A stretch of DNA of 59,696 bases from assembly GCA_030649835.1 (NCBI GenBank), contig JAUSES010000058.1, positions 1-59,696 on the forward strand. The letters are read 5' to 3'. Positions 1 to 8,562 of the stretch are shown one piece after another. Below the pieces are notes generated by a model. It did not search any database. It was not told the DNA's origin and worked only from the letters and a program-made list of their open reading frames with translations. The first letter of the stretch is position 1. The number at the start of each line of letters is the position of its first letter. Origin of the DNA: a bacterium. Its GTDB lineage: Bacteria > Patescibacteriota > Minisyncoccia > Phycocordibacterales > UBA1550. The translations under genes and the position numbers were made by a program.

Positions 1-234
1 AGACACCCCGCAGGTCATACAAGGCTTCCTTCTTATAAGAAATTTGTCAAAATATACTTTAAAAACAACGATTTTTAAATTTTAAGTAAATTAGCCATTA
101 AAAGCTGAGTTAAATCTTCCACACTAATTGTTGTAGAACCCCTTTTGGGGTTCTTGCTGCCAGAGTGGCTACACTGAGATCCTCAGGAATGGCAATAGCT
201 TGATTTCCGTCAGAATTTGATACACTGTAGAGGT

Positions 235-639
235 ATGGACAACGAACACCTTTATATTACTAAAAAAGAGGACAATCAGGTGGATTCTACGAAGACGTAT
301 TCCACAGTCCCGTTTCCTGAAATATCGTTTATTCCTCCCGAGCTTTTAAAAAACAAGGCAGACAGCCATGCTCTCGGTGTTCATGAAAAATGTGCACTCG
401 TGGGGGTGGCACTTGGTGTTCTTGCAGTTTTTTCGTGGGTGGTGCTTCTCTTTGGCGTGCTCTACTCTGCTGTCGGGATTATACTTTCAATAATTGGTCT
501 TAGGTCAACACGTAAAAAGTTGGCAAAGATAGGCCTCGCGCTCTCTATCCTCGGCCTCGTACTTTCAATTCTATATATTTTTGCAATCTCTCAGGGAATT
601 ATTAATTTTAATTATTTCACCAGCGAGTTTTGGGGATAA
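235..639 (+). CDS. small integral membrane protein, function unknown
   Basis: ORF track 217..639 starts at TTG. ATG at 235 follows GAGG. Two long hydrophobic helices in the C-terminal half. No family recognised. Confidence 0.5.
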   Translation: MDNEHLYITKKEDNQVDSTKTYSTVPFPEISFIPPELLKNKADSHALGVHEKCALVGVALGVLAVFSWVVLLFGVLYSAVGIILSIIGLRSTRKKLAKIGLALSILGLVLSILYIFAISQGIINFNYFTSEFWG

Positions 640-674
640 ATTGACCTAAATTTGAAGTGCCCTGGCTGTTCGAG

Positions 675-938
675 CTATAGGGATTGCTTGGAGAGCTTAT
701 GTTTAGTTGCAAGGACTATACAAACAATAATTACAATTACTCCGGAAACAAGAACGGGATGAAACCATGGGTGGTTATCTGAAAAACGATGAATAATCTC
801 TACTTTTTCGTAGTTGTTCCCAAAAATCTGTCGCTCAGCCTCCTCAATAGCGGGGGTACCTTCTAAGGGTGTTGATGGGGGGTTAGTTAGCTGCTTCTCG
901 TTGTTCATAATTTTATTTTGCTCAGTATAGTTATTCAT
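675..938 (-). CDS. hypothetical protein with C-terminal transmembrane anchor
   Basis: 87-aa ORF with a single hydrophobic helix (VLVSGVIVIIVCIVLA). No recognisable family. Confidence 0.4.
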   Translation of the reverse strand: MNNYTEQNKIMNNEKQLTNPPSTPLEGTPAIEEAERQIFGNNYEKVEIIHRFSDNHPWFHPVLVSGVIVIIVCIVLATKHKLSKQSL

Positions 939-970
939 ATTACAAATTATACTCTCTTTAAATTAAGGTA

Positions 971-1231
971 TTAACAAGTTTTCTCTTCTTCGGGGTGCTT
1001 TCCACATTCACATTCAATAGCACAAGTGTTGCCATGATGCGCCTTCTTTTTCTTTAGGAATAGAAAGATTGCGACAACTAAGGTAATGCCGGCTAGTACT
1101 ATAATTTCGAGTTTCTCTGTAAACAAGGAGAAACTAAATACTCCAGCTGTTGCAAAGAGCCATATTGGCACAGCACAACATGCAACACCTAATGTTCCTA
1201 CAATATATTTCCAAAAATTTGATTTGTTCAT
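971..1231 (-). CDS. MerF/MerE-like small two-helix cysteine-rich membrane protein (putative metal ion transporter)
   Basis: Vicinal Cys pair in TM1 (GVACCAVP), second TM helix, Cys/His-rich tail (HHGNTCAIECECGKHPEEEKTC). Divergent from a MerR-family gene. Confidence 0.45.
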   Translation of the reverse strand: MNKSNFWKYIVGTLGVACCAVPIWLFATAGVFSFSLFTEKLEIIVLAGITLVVAIFLFLKKKKAHHGNTCAIECECGKHPEEEKTC

Positions 1232-1265
1232 AAATTTATTTTTTTAGTTACTAATGGTCCTATGA

Positions 1266-1281
1266 TATACTGTAGAGTATA
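1266..1281. promoter_or_regulatory. dyad TATACT-GTAG-AGTATA in the divergent merR/merF-like promoter region (candidate MerR operator)
   Basis: 6-nt inverted arms with a 4-nt spacer, read directly from sequence. Centred in the 70-bp intergenic region 1232..1301. Confidence 0.35.
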
Positions 1282-1301
1282 CTCCATAGTCAAGTTCTCC
1301 T

Positions 1302-1700
1302 ATGTTAATCAGCAAACTATCAGAAAAAAGCGGTTTCAGCATCGATACGATTCGATTTTATGAAAAAATAGGTATTCTTGATGTTTCTCGTGTTGTGCGG
1401 AAAACTAATAATTATAAAAACTACAAGGATGTAGACTTAGAGCGCTTGCTCGCAGTTAGAGATTTAAAGGATCTCGGATTTACTTTGAAAGAAGTTCAAG
1501 TGACAATTTCGCGCTACCTCAAGGATCCGCTTGGTTGCTCTAAGAATGTTCCGATACTGCGCGCAAAACTTGGCGTCATTGATACAAAGATTGCTCACCT
1601 CATTGCCTTACGAAAGAAATTAAAAAAAACAGAAAGAGATTGTGAAAAGAATTGCAAGAATTGTTGTGAGTTGAACAGAACGCTTCAGAGAATAATTTAG
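1302..1700 (+). CDS. MerR-family transcriptional regulator
   Basis: N-terminal HTH signature LSEKSGFSIDTIRFYEKIGIL. Coiled-coil-like middle. Cys-rich C terminus (CEKNCKNCC). Confidence 0.8.
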   Translation: MLISKLSEKSGFSIDTIRFYEKIGILDVSRVVRKTNNYKNYKDVDLERLLAVRDLKDLGFTLKEVQVTISRYLKDPLGCSKNVPILRAKLGVIDTKIAHLIALRKKLKKTERDCEKNCKNCCELNRTLQRII

Positions 1701-1738
1701 TTTAGTAGCAATAAAAATACTGATACAAACGTTTTTGA

Positions 1739-2470
1739 CTAGACAACCAACGTTCCCACGTCTTCTCCTTTTGCAATGCGCTTGATGTTTCCGCGAGTCA
1801 AAAGGTCAAAGACGCGTATGGGGAGCTTGTTGTCCATCGCAAGCGAGATCGCCGCATTGTCCATCACAGAAATATTTTCGTCTTTGATATCATCGAGGTG
1901 TGAGATAGTGCCAAGCTTTACCGCATCCGCATGTTTGTGTGGGTCTTTTGAATAGACACCGTCAACTTTTGTAGCCTTGAGGACAATGTCGCAGTTGAGC
2001 TCAAGCGCAGTAGAAACCGCAGCGGTGTCGGTGGTTACAAATGGATTTCCCGTCCCACCACCAATCACCACCACGCGCCCTTTTTCGAGATGACGAATCG
2101 CACGCCTTCTGATAAATGGCTCAGCAACCGAGTCAATCCGAATACGTGTCTGGAGTCGTGCTGGCTGACCAAAGTGTTCAAGGATGTCGACGAGGGCCAT
2201 GCCGTTCATGACGGTCGCGAGCATTCCCATGTAGTCGGCCGTTGCTCGCTCGATCGACGCCTCGTTTTTTGGCAACATTTTCACTAGGGTCGCACCTCGG
2301 AGAAAGTTACCACCACCCACAACGATGACGATCTGCACTTTTGTTTCCGCTATCACCTCATGAAGTTCTTTTGCAAGTTCAAGAATAAAATCCGTATCAA
2401 TTCCAAAACTGTTTTTTCCCGCGAACTGCTCGCCAGAGAGTTTGAGAAGGATGCGGTGAGGAGAGGGCAT
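1739..2470 (-). CDS. pyrH: UMP kinase
   Basis: ILLKLSGE...VVGGGN...GGTGNPFVTTDTAAV motifs. The track ORF extends to 2656, but conserved sequence begins at MPSPHRILLKLSGE (ATG at 2470). Confidence 0.93.
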   Translation of the reverse strand: MPSPHRILLKLSGEQFAGKNSFGIDTDFILELAKELHEVIAETKVQIVIVVGGGNFLRGATLVKMLPKNEASIERATADYMGMLATVMNGMALVDILEHFGQPARLQTRIRIDSVAEPFIRRRAIRHLEKGRVVVIGGGTGNPFVTTDTAAVSTALELNCDIVLKATKVDGVYSKDPHKHADAVKLGTISHLDDIKDENISVMDNAAISLAMDNKLPIRVFDLLTRGNIKRIAKGEDVGTLVV

Positions 2471-2645
2471 TCCAGCTAGTATACCCCCACCGCAGTATTT
2501 TGTATAGATAAAAAGAGGAATAGAGAGATCAAAGAGACAAAGTTTCTCATACATATCAAACATTGCTTTCCTGCCGTTTTCGTGTAGTATTTGTGGTCGG
2601 CGGGGTTGTACAATTTTGTTAACTAAAAAGAGAGGACGGCAGAAG

Positions 2646-4055
2646 ATGAAGTACATATCGACACGTGGAAAAGGCGGGATATTGGGTTTTCCAGAGGTGG
2701 TACTTGCAGGACTCGCAAAGGATGGAGGCCTGTATGTTCCCGATCACTTTCCAAGGGTAACGAAAGACGAAATTGATCAATTTTGTAAATATGAGTACCA
2801 TCAAGTAGCATTTGCGATTATGAAAAAGTTTGCTCCTGATATGAATGCGAGCAAGCTTTGGACTGCGGTGCGCAATTCTTACAAACCGGAAATCTTTGGA
2901 AACGTCAATAACGGTGATAATGCTTTCGAAATCGTTCCAATCCATAAGCTTGACAACAATTTGTTTTTGGCACGACTGAGCAATGGACCAACCCTAGCGT
3001 TTAAAGATCTTGGGCTTCAGCCTCTCGGCCATTTGTTTGAAACGGTTTTGAGCGGCAAGAACCTCAATGTCCTCGGCGCAACTTCTGGAGACACTGGTTC
3101 AGCTGCAATACGAGCGATGCTTGGACGCAAGGGTATTAGTGTTTTTATGCTCTCACCTCGTGAGGGAATGAGCGCTTTTCAATCGGCTCAAATGTGGGGG
3201 GTTAACGATGAGGCGATACACAATATCGCAATCAGGGGTTCGTTTGACGACTGCCAAAACATTGTAAAGTTGATTAATGCTGATGCTGAGTTTAAGCAGA
3301 AGTATAGTCTGGGCGCTGTTAATTCGATTAACTGGGCCCGCATTGCCGCCCAGGTACCGTATTACTTTCGTGCGTATTCTCGGGCTTGTGGTGAAGCAGG
3401 GGGTCAGGTTGATTTTGCAATTCCTACAGGTAATTTCGGAAACATCTACGCAGCTTATGTCGCAAAGATGATGGGCTTGCCTATTCGCAATTTGATCCTT
3501 GCAACAAACGAAAACGATGTATTGCACGAGTTCTTCGTTACTGGCATTTATCAGCCACGCTCGAAGACTATCACTACATCGAGCCCTTCTATGGACATAA
3601 CCAGTGCATCGAACTTCGAGCGTTACATTTATCACCTCTTGGGTGGGGATGCGGTGCGAGTTGCAGGACTCTGGCGTGAACTGAAGGATACCGGCAGATT
3701 TGACTTATCACACCTGTTGAATGAAATTAACGCCACCGGCATTACGTCTCATTCTATCAGTGAGGCTGATTCATATGCTGTCATCCGCGAAACTTACAAT
3801 CAGTATGATGTAATTATTGATCCACATACTGCTATCGCGATGAGTGCGGGACGGAGAATGATAAATGACGGTGTTCCGATGATTGTTATGGAGACCGCAC
3901 AACCATGCAAGTTTGATGAGACTATATCAAAGGTTCTTGGCACAACTGCTCAAGTTCCATCTGGTATGAAAGGAGTAATTAATGCCGAGCAGTTCTTTAC
4001 GGTACTGGATCCTGATGCTGAACAGGTGATGGACTTCATTCGTCAACGGGCATAA
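2646..4055 (+). CDS. thrC: threonine synthase
   Basis: MKYISTRG...GLAKDGGLYVP N terminus and PLP-enzyme body (FKD, GDTGSA). Start moved to ATG at 2646. Confidence 0.92.
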   Translation: MKYISTRGKGGILGFPEVVLAGLAKDGGLYVPDHFPRVTKDEIDQFCKYEYHQVAFAIMKKFAPDMNASKLWTAVRNSYKPEIFGNVNNGDNAFEIVPIHKLDNNLFLARLSNGPTLAFKDLGLQPLGHLFETVLSGKNLNVLGATSGDTGSAAIRAMLGRKGISVFMLSPREGMSAFQSAQMWGVNDEAIHNIAIRGSFDDCQNIVKLINADAEFKQKYSLGAVNSINWARIAAQVPYYFRAYSRACGEAGGQVDFAIPTGNFGNIYAAYVAKMMGLPIRNLILATNENDVLHEFFVTGIYQPRSKTITTSSPSMDITSASNFERYIYHLLGGDAVRVAGLWRELKDTGRFDLSHLLNEINATGITSHSISEADSYAVIRETYNQYDVIIDPHTAIAMSAGRRMINDGVPMIVMETAQPCKFDETISKVLGTTAQVPSGMKGVINAEQFFTVLDPDAEQVMDFIRQRA

Positions 4056-4076
4056 ATTAATGCTGTAGAAATATCC

Positions 4077-4112
4077 GAGTCGCTCCTTGAAAGAGGCGCG
4101 ACTCGTTTTTTA
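4077..4112 (+). terminator. intrinsic terminator after thrC
   Basis: GAGTCGC...GCGACTC stem followed by a T6 run. Confidence 0.6.
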
Positions 4113-4121
4113 TTCTTTGTA

Positions 4122-4160
4122 GAGATGGGGGTCATCGGGCACGGATCACTAAGTATTTTG
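4122..4160 (+). repeat. 39-nt direct repeat copy A (begins with ssrA 3'-end decamer GAGATGGGGG)
   Basis: 37/39 identical to 4562..4600 by hand alignment. Confidence 0.85.
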
Positions 4161-4173
4161 GTATAATCGAAAC

Positions 4174-4527
4174 ATGTTTAAAATATATGTTGCAGGAAAG
4201 AACCTCAAACGAGCACAATCTGTAATGGAGATGCTTAAACAAAATGGGCATACTATTACTTTTGATTGGGTTACAGGTATAGAAAATGAAAAAGACGAGG
4301 ACCAACCGCAAAGAGCTATCGACGAACGAGCAGCTGTTCAGCAAGCTGACCTTCTTGTATATCTTTGGGAATCAGATCAAGAAAGCGCTAGGTATGAAGC
4401 AGGGATGGCTATGGGTCTAAATAAAAGAATTATTGTTTCAGGGTTCAAAAGTAAATTGTTTTTCTTGTCCCTTCCTGAAGTTACTTGTGTTGAAAGCGAT
4501 ATGGATATACTTTCGGCGTTATCTTAG
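4174..4527 (+). CDS. nucleoside 2-deoxyribosyltransferase-like small protein (weak call)
   Basis: 117 aa. IYVAG N terminus and ...ESARYEAGMAMGLNKRIIV resemble the DRTase-like fold pattern. Bracketed by 39-nt direct repeats. Confidence 0.35.
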   Translation: MFKIYVAGKNLKRAQSVMEMLKQNGHTITFDWVTGIENEKDEDQPQRAIDERAAVQQADLLVYLWESDQESARYEAGMAMGLNKRIIVSGFKSKLFFLSLPEVTCVESDMDILSALS

Positions 4528-4561
4528 GTTAGTAGAAAATTCCGCCTTTCGATTCCCCCAC

Positions 4562-4600
4562 GAGATGGGGGTCATCGGTCACGAATCACTAAGTATTTTG
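4562..4600 (+). repeat. 39-nt direct repeat copy B
   Basis: 37/39 identical to 4122..4160. Confidence 0.85.
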
Positions 4601-4676
4601 TTTCGATTACTTACAAAATACAAAGTGTTCGCTACCCCGACTCAGCGACCCACTTCGTGAGTGCCCGCTTCCGTCC

Positions 4677-4694
4677 TTCGATTCCCCCCATCTC
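4677..4694 (+). repeat. inverted 18-nt copy of the ssrA 3' end (TTCGATTCCCCCCATCTC)
   Basis: Perfect reverse complement of 4746..4763. Confidence 0.85.
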
Positions 4695-4707
4695 ACACAA
4701 TCGCAAA

Positions 4708-4734
4708 CCGCCCAACTCTTTCAGAGTTGGGCGG
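4708..4734 (-). terminator. 12-bp hairpin just downstream of ssrA
   Basis: CCGCCCAACTCT-TTC-AGAGTTGGGCGG. Only a short T stretch follows on the minus strand. Confidence 0.45.
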
Positions 4735-4743
4735 TGCGACTTG

Positions 4744-5150
4744 TGGAGATGGGGGGAATCGAACCCCCGTGCAGATGATGTTCTTCGTGGAATCTACTGT
4801 GCGTAGAATAATTATTTTGGGTTTAAGTAGTTTGTGTATAAATTATTCTAAATCACAAATTACCGATACTCTATGTTTTTTCACTTTGTAGAGTCATTCA
4901 AAGTGATGAGCCCTCTTTTTATATCACCCAGAATTCCCTAGAGGGCGTACTGAATCTGAGTGCTGTTTAGGCTACGAAAGCGTAAGCAGGAGCAAAGGCG
5001 TTAGCACCAAAATATGGTGATACGATAGCCTTTGCTTTTGCAACGAGGTTGTTTTTTGCAACTAGGTTGGGTTCGAGATTTAACGAGATCTCGAGCATTC
5101 TCGGCATAGCACCAAGAAGAGGGAATCGCCTGTCTAGGCCGATCATCCCC
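4744..5150 (-). ncRNA. ssrA: tmRNA (transfer-messenger RNA)
   Basis: 5' GGGGATG pairs with 3' CATCTCC, including a G3:U70 pair, with discriminator A. T arm is GGGGG-TTCGATT-CCCCC. Internal tag frame reads ...AKAKAIVSPYFGANAFAPAYAFVA-TAA. smpB is adjacent. CCA is not encoded. Confidence 0.9.
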
Positions 5151-5177
5151 CTAGAACAAATTTTCGAAGAAAATTTG

Positions 5178-5218
5178 TTCGGGCGAACAATTTGCGGTAG
5201 CAAATTGTTTTAGCCGTA
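5178..5218. repeat. hairpin unit 1 with conserved flanks TTCGGGCGA / TTTAGCCGTA
   Basis: Stem ACAATTTGC-GGTA-GCAAATTGT between the conserved flanks. Confidence 0.7.
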
Positions 5219-5239
5219 AAACATAATTTCCTCAAAATG

Positions 5240-5278
5240 TTCGGGCGACCGTTTTGAGTACAAAACGGTTTAGCCGTA
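5240..5278. repeat. hairpin unit 2 with the same flanks and an unrelated stem
   Basis: Stem ACCGTTTTG-AGTA-CAAAACGGT between TTCGGGCG and TTTAGCCGTA. Confidence 0.7.
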
Positions 5279-5284
5279 TACATT

Positions 5285-5554
5285 TCACGCATGCCCTATT
5301 TTGTTTATATAGTTTTGAAAAATTTTCTTTTTCTCTCGTGCTCCCCACAAACTTTTTAGGTAGCGTTCTCGGTTAAATGCTAAATTTTTGTCTGGAAATT
5401 TTTCTGTGTGTATAAGCACGAGAGGGCGCCTTTTGTATGTTGCAGGAACGAGACCATTATTATGTCTCTCTACTCGTTGCTCAATTTCATGTGTACACCC
5501 AACATAAAGGCGCCCATCTTTTTCGCTCATAAGGATATAAACAAAATAGGGCAT
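5285..5554 (-). CDS. GIY-YIG domain nuclease-family small protein
   Basis: YFVYIL...GRLYVGCT...RVERHNNG matches the GIY-YIG/URI pattern. 89 aa. Confidence 0.8.
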   Translation of the reverse strand: MPYFVYILMSEKDGRLYVGCTHEIEQRVERHNNGLVPATYKRRPLVLIHTEKFPDKNLAFNRERYLKSLWGAREKKKIFQNYINKIGHA

Positions 5555-5576
5555 GCGTTTTTAAATTTTCAAATAG

Positions 5577-6023
5577 CTACCTCGCGGACTTTATATCCCG
5601 CATCACATCTCTCTCGGCTTCACGTTTTTTTATCGTTTCTCGCTTGTCGTGAGCTTTTTTACCCCGCACAATTGCGATTTCCACCTTGAGTTTGTGATCT
5701 TTATTATACACCCCAATGGGCACTACTGTCAAGCCTTTCTTGGATTCCTGCGATCCAATTTCTGCGATTTCATCCTTGGTCAAAAGGAGTCTGCGGTTCC
5801 GCATTGCATCGTAGTTTTTAGGCATATTGCCTGTTTGGTAAGGCTGTATCGTGGCGCCGATGAGATACGCCTCACCTCCTCGCACGGTGACATGCGCTCC
5901 CTCAAGAGACCCTTGTCCTGCGCGTACAGCCTTTACTTCCACACCCAAAAGCTCCACGCCCGCCTCAAAGCGCTCCAGTATTTCGTAGTTGAAATGCACC
6001 TTTTTGTTTTGTATAAGCGCCAT
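5577..6023 (-). CDS. smpB: SsrA-binding protein SmpB
   Basis: NKKVHFNYEILERFEAGVELLGVEVK signature. Next to ssrA. Confidence 0.95.
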   Translation of the reverse strand: MALIQNKKVHFNYEILERFEAGVELLGVEVKAVRAGQGSLEGAHVTVRGGEAYLIGATIQPYQTGNMPKNYDAMRNRRLLLTKDEIAEIGSQESKKGLTVVPIGVYNKDHKLKVEIAIVRGKKAHDKRETIKKREAERDVMRDIKSAR

Positions 6024-6064
6024 GAGCGTATGATAGCAGGTGAATGTGACAATCCAAAGACTAA

Positions 6065-6091
6065 GGGCGAAATGTCAAAGACATTTCGCCC
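6065..6091. other. perfect 12-bp hairpin between divergent smpB and ftsH
   Basis: GGGCGAAATGTC-AAA-GACATTTCGCCC, followed by T-rich sequence on the plus strand. Confidence 0.6.
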
Positions 6092-6128
6092 TTGATTTGT
6101 TTTGGTGTATACTGGCGTTACGACAATC

Positions 6129-8096
6129 ATGGAAATTTTGAAAAACAACAAGAAAGATAACAAAAAGGCACCACCAACAAACGGAAACAAGGGTGGAAAA
6201 GGTAAAACACCTATTCCCGGGCTTTTTGGTGGCATGGGTTCGGGGGGGCAGTTTTTCTCAAACCTTCTAACGGCGGTGCTTGTGTTCCTTATTATTTCAA
6301 CACTCTATTCCAGCATTGCGGGAACCAAGAACAAAGTTGAGGAAGTTTCGGTATCAAAAATAGCGCAGGATATTTCTGGTGGACTCGTGAAAAAAATAGT
6401 TGTGGAAGGGGGGATGATAAACGCGGAATACACCGACGGCACAAAAAAGAAATCTAAAAAAGAAGTTGAGTCATCACTCTCGCAGACGCTGGTAAACTAC
6501 GGAGTGTCCGCAGAACAGCTTGCTAAAGTTGAGGTAGAAGTGAAAAATGAAAGCGGGTTTGGGTATTATGCGCTCAACATGTTGCCATTTCTTTTGCCGA
6601 TTTTGCTCATTGTCTTTGTTTTTTGGATGCTGTCTAAGCAGGTGAAGGGCGCGGGGATGCAAGCGTTTTCTTTTGGACAGTCAAAGGCGCGCATCATTGA
6701 CCCAAACGATGCAAGTCAAAAAGTCACCTTTAAAGATGTTGCCGGAGCAAAAGAAGCAAAAGAGGAATTGGTAGAGATTGTGGACTTTCTTCGTAACCCA
6801 AAAAAGTTTTTGGATATCGGCGCCCGCATTCCCAAAGGTGTGCTTCTCATGGGCGCACCCGGAACAGGAAAAACCTTGCTCGCCCGCGCGGTAGCAGGGG
6901 AGGCAGGAGTGCCATTTTTCCACCTCTCGGGATCAGAGTTTGTTGAAATGTTTGTGGGGGTAGGTGCATCACGTGTACGCGACCTTTTCAAAATGGCAAA
7001 AAAAGCAGCGCCCGCAATTATTTTTGTGGATGAGATAGATGCCGTGGGGCGCTCTCGTGGAGCTGGAATGGGTGGTGGCAACGATGAACGAGAACAAACA
7101 CTCAACCAAATCCTCGTGGAGATGGACGGCTTTGAACCGTCAGAAAAAGTGATTGTTATGGCGGCGACAAACAGGCCTGACGTGCTCGACACGGCGCTTC
7201 TTCGACCCGGCCGTTTTGATAGGCGGGTGACGCTCGATCTTCCGGATCGCGAGGGCCGTGAGGAGATTTTGCAAATTCATGCGCGCAAGAAACCACTTGC
7301 AGAGGATGTAAACTTGAAAGTGGTCGCAGAACGCACGCCGGGTTTTTCTGGCGCTGACCTCTCATCACTCATGAACGAGGGCGCTATTTTAGCTGCGCGT
7401 GAAGACCGAAAGACAGTCGCACAGTACGACCTCATTCGCTCTATTGAAAAAGTAATGATGGGACCCGAGCGCAAGAGCCATATTCTCTCAAAGGAAGAAA
7501 AGAAAATCACCGCATACCATGAAGCAGGGCACGCGCTCGTAGCATCAGTGCTTCCCAACGCAGACCCTGTGCATAAAATCTCTATCATCGCACGCGGAAG
7601 TGCGGGTGGATACACATTGAAGCTCCCCCTTGAGGAGACGCGTTTGCGTTCACGAAAGGATTTCCTTGATGACATTGCAATGTCGCTCGGTGGCTACGTT
7701 GCAGAGGAAATGGTATTTGGAGATATAACTACGGGGCCATCAAATGACCTGCAAGTAGCAACAGCGCTCGCACGCGACATGGTGACCAAGTACGGCATGT
7801 CCGAAAAGCTTGGGCCAGTAGCGCTTGAGGGAAGTGGTGGACGCGCGCTTTTTGGCGGACGGGGGGTGGACAGCAGAGACTACTCTGAAGATGTGTCAGC
7901 AAAAATTGATGGAGAAGTTTCTAAAATAATGAATGACGCATTTGCACGCGCGCGTGAGGCACTCACCACTCATCGTAAAGCACTCGATCTCATCGCTGAA
8001 GAACTTATTTCAAAGGAGTCTATTGAGCGTGATGATTTTGAAAAACTTCTCACCCTTAGTGGGATCAAGATTAAGACTAAAACAAAAATTGCATAA
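6129..8096 (+). CDS. ftsH: ATP-dependent zinc metalloprotease FtsH
   Basis: Walker [12 protein letters not shown] region, HEAGH zinc motif. ATG at 6129 preferred over the TTG at 6102. Confidence 0.97.
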   Translation: MEILKNNKKDNKKAPPTNGNKGGKGKTPIPGLFGGMGSGGQFFSNLLTAVLVFLIISTLYSSIAGTKNKVEEVSVSKIAQDISGGLVKKIVVEGGMINAEYTDGTKKKSKKEVESSLSQTLVNYGVSAEQLAKVEVEVKNESGFGYYALNMLPFLLPILLIVFVFWMLSKQVKGAGMQAFSFGQSKARIIDPNDASQKVTFKDVAGAKEAKEELVEIVDFLRNPKKFLDIGARIPKGVLLMGAPGTGKTLLARAVAGEAGVPFFHLSGSEFVEMFVGVGASRVRDLFKMAKKAAPAIIFVDEIDAVGRSRGAGMGGGNDEREQTLNQILVEMDGFEPSEKVIVMAATNRPDVLDTALLRPGRFDRRVTLDLPDREGREEILQIHARKKPLAEDVNLKVVAERTPGFSGADLSSLMNEGAILAAREDRKTVAQYDLIRSIEKVMMGPERKSHILSKEEKKITAYHEAGHALVASVLPNADPVHKISIIARGSAGGYTLKLPLEETRLRSRKDFLDDIAMSLGGYVAEEMVFGDITTGPSNDLQVATALARDMVTKYGMSEKLGPVALEGSGGRALFGGRGVDSRDYSEDVSAKIDGEVSKIMNDAFARAREALTTHRKALDLIAEELISKESIERDDFEKLLTLSGIKIKTKTKIA

Positions 8097-8156
8097 ATTT
8101 TTGTTCGCCCGACATATAATGTTTAGGAAACTTAACAAGGAATTAATTATATAAAT

Positions 8157-8555
8157 ATGTATACGCATCTTATCATTTTTATTCTCGCACTTATTGGGAT
8201 TGGAGTATGTTTGTATCTCAACTACGAGCGCAAAAGAAAGCGCCCACCGGTGTGTGTGATAGGCAACAGTTGCGCAACTGTGTGGGAGAGTCCTTACAGT
8301 AAAATTTTTGGCGTATCAAATGAAATTTTAGGCATAATTTTCTATGCGACACTTGCAGTTGTGGAGTGGTCTATTATTTCCGGAAATATTTCCGAACAAA
8401 TAATTATTGGCGAAATAATGATTCTTGTGGGGGGTATTGCAATGTCTACATACTACCTTTTTGTACAGTGGCGTGTAATTCGCGCGTGGTGTTTCTGGTG
8501 CACTCTTTCGGCGATTATTGTGTTTTTGATGATTATTGTTCGACTTGTTATTTAG
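8157..8555 (+). CDS. vitamin K epoxide reductase (VKOR) family membrane protein
   Basis: Four TM helices, loop Cys pair (CVIGNSC), CFWC redox motif. Confidence 0.7.
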   Translation: MYTHLIIFILALIGIGVCLYLNYERKRKRPPVCVIGNSCATVWESPYSKIFGVSNEILGIIFYATLAVVEWSIISGNISEQIIIGEIMILVGGIAMSTYYLFVQWRVIRAWCFWCTLSAIIVFLMIIVRLVI

Positions 8556-8562
8556 ATCTAAA

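Noticed and set aside
4433-4891. 75-aa and 76-aa plus-strand ORFs across the ssrA 3' region
   Set aside because: They run through the att-like repeats, the terminator hairpin and the tmRNA itself. They have no SD or family resemblance.
4967-5203. 78-aa minus-strand ORF
   Set aside because: It lies inside the tmRNA. Its C-terminal part is the tag-peptide reading frame, and the N-terminal part is just structured RNA read through.
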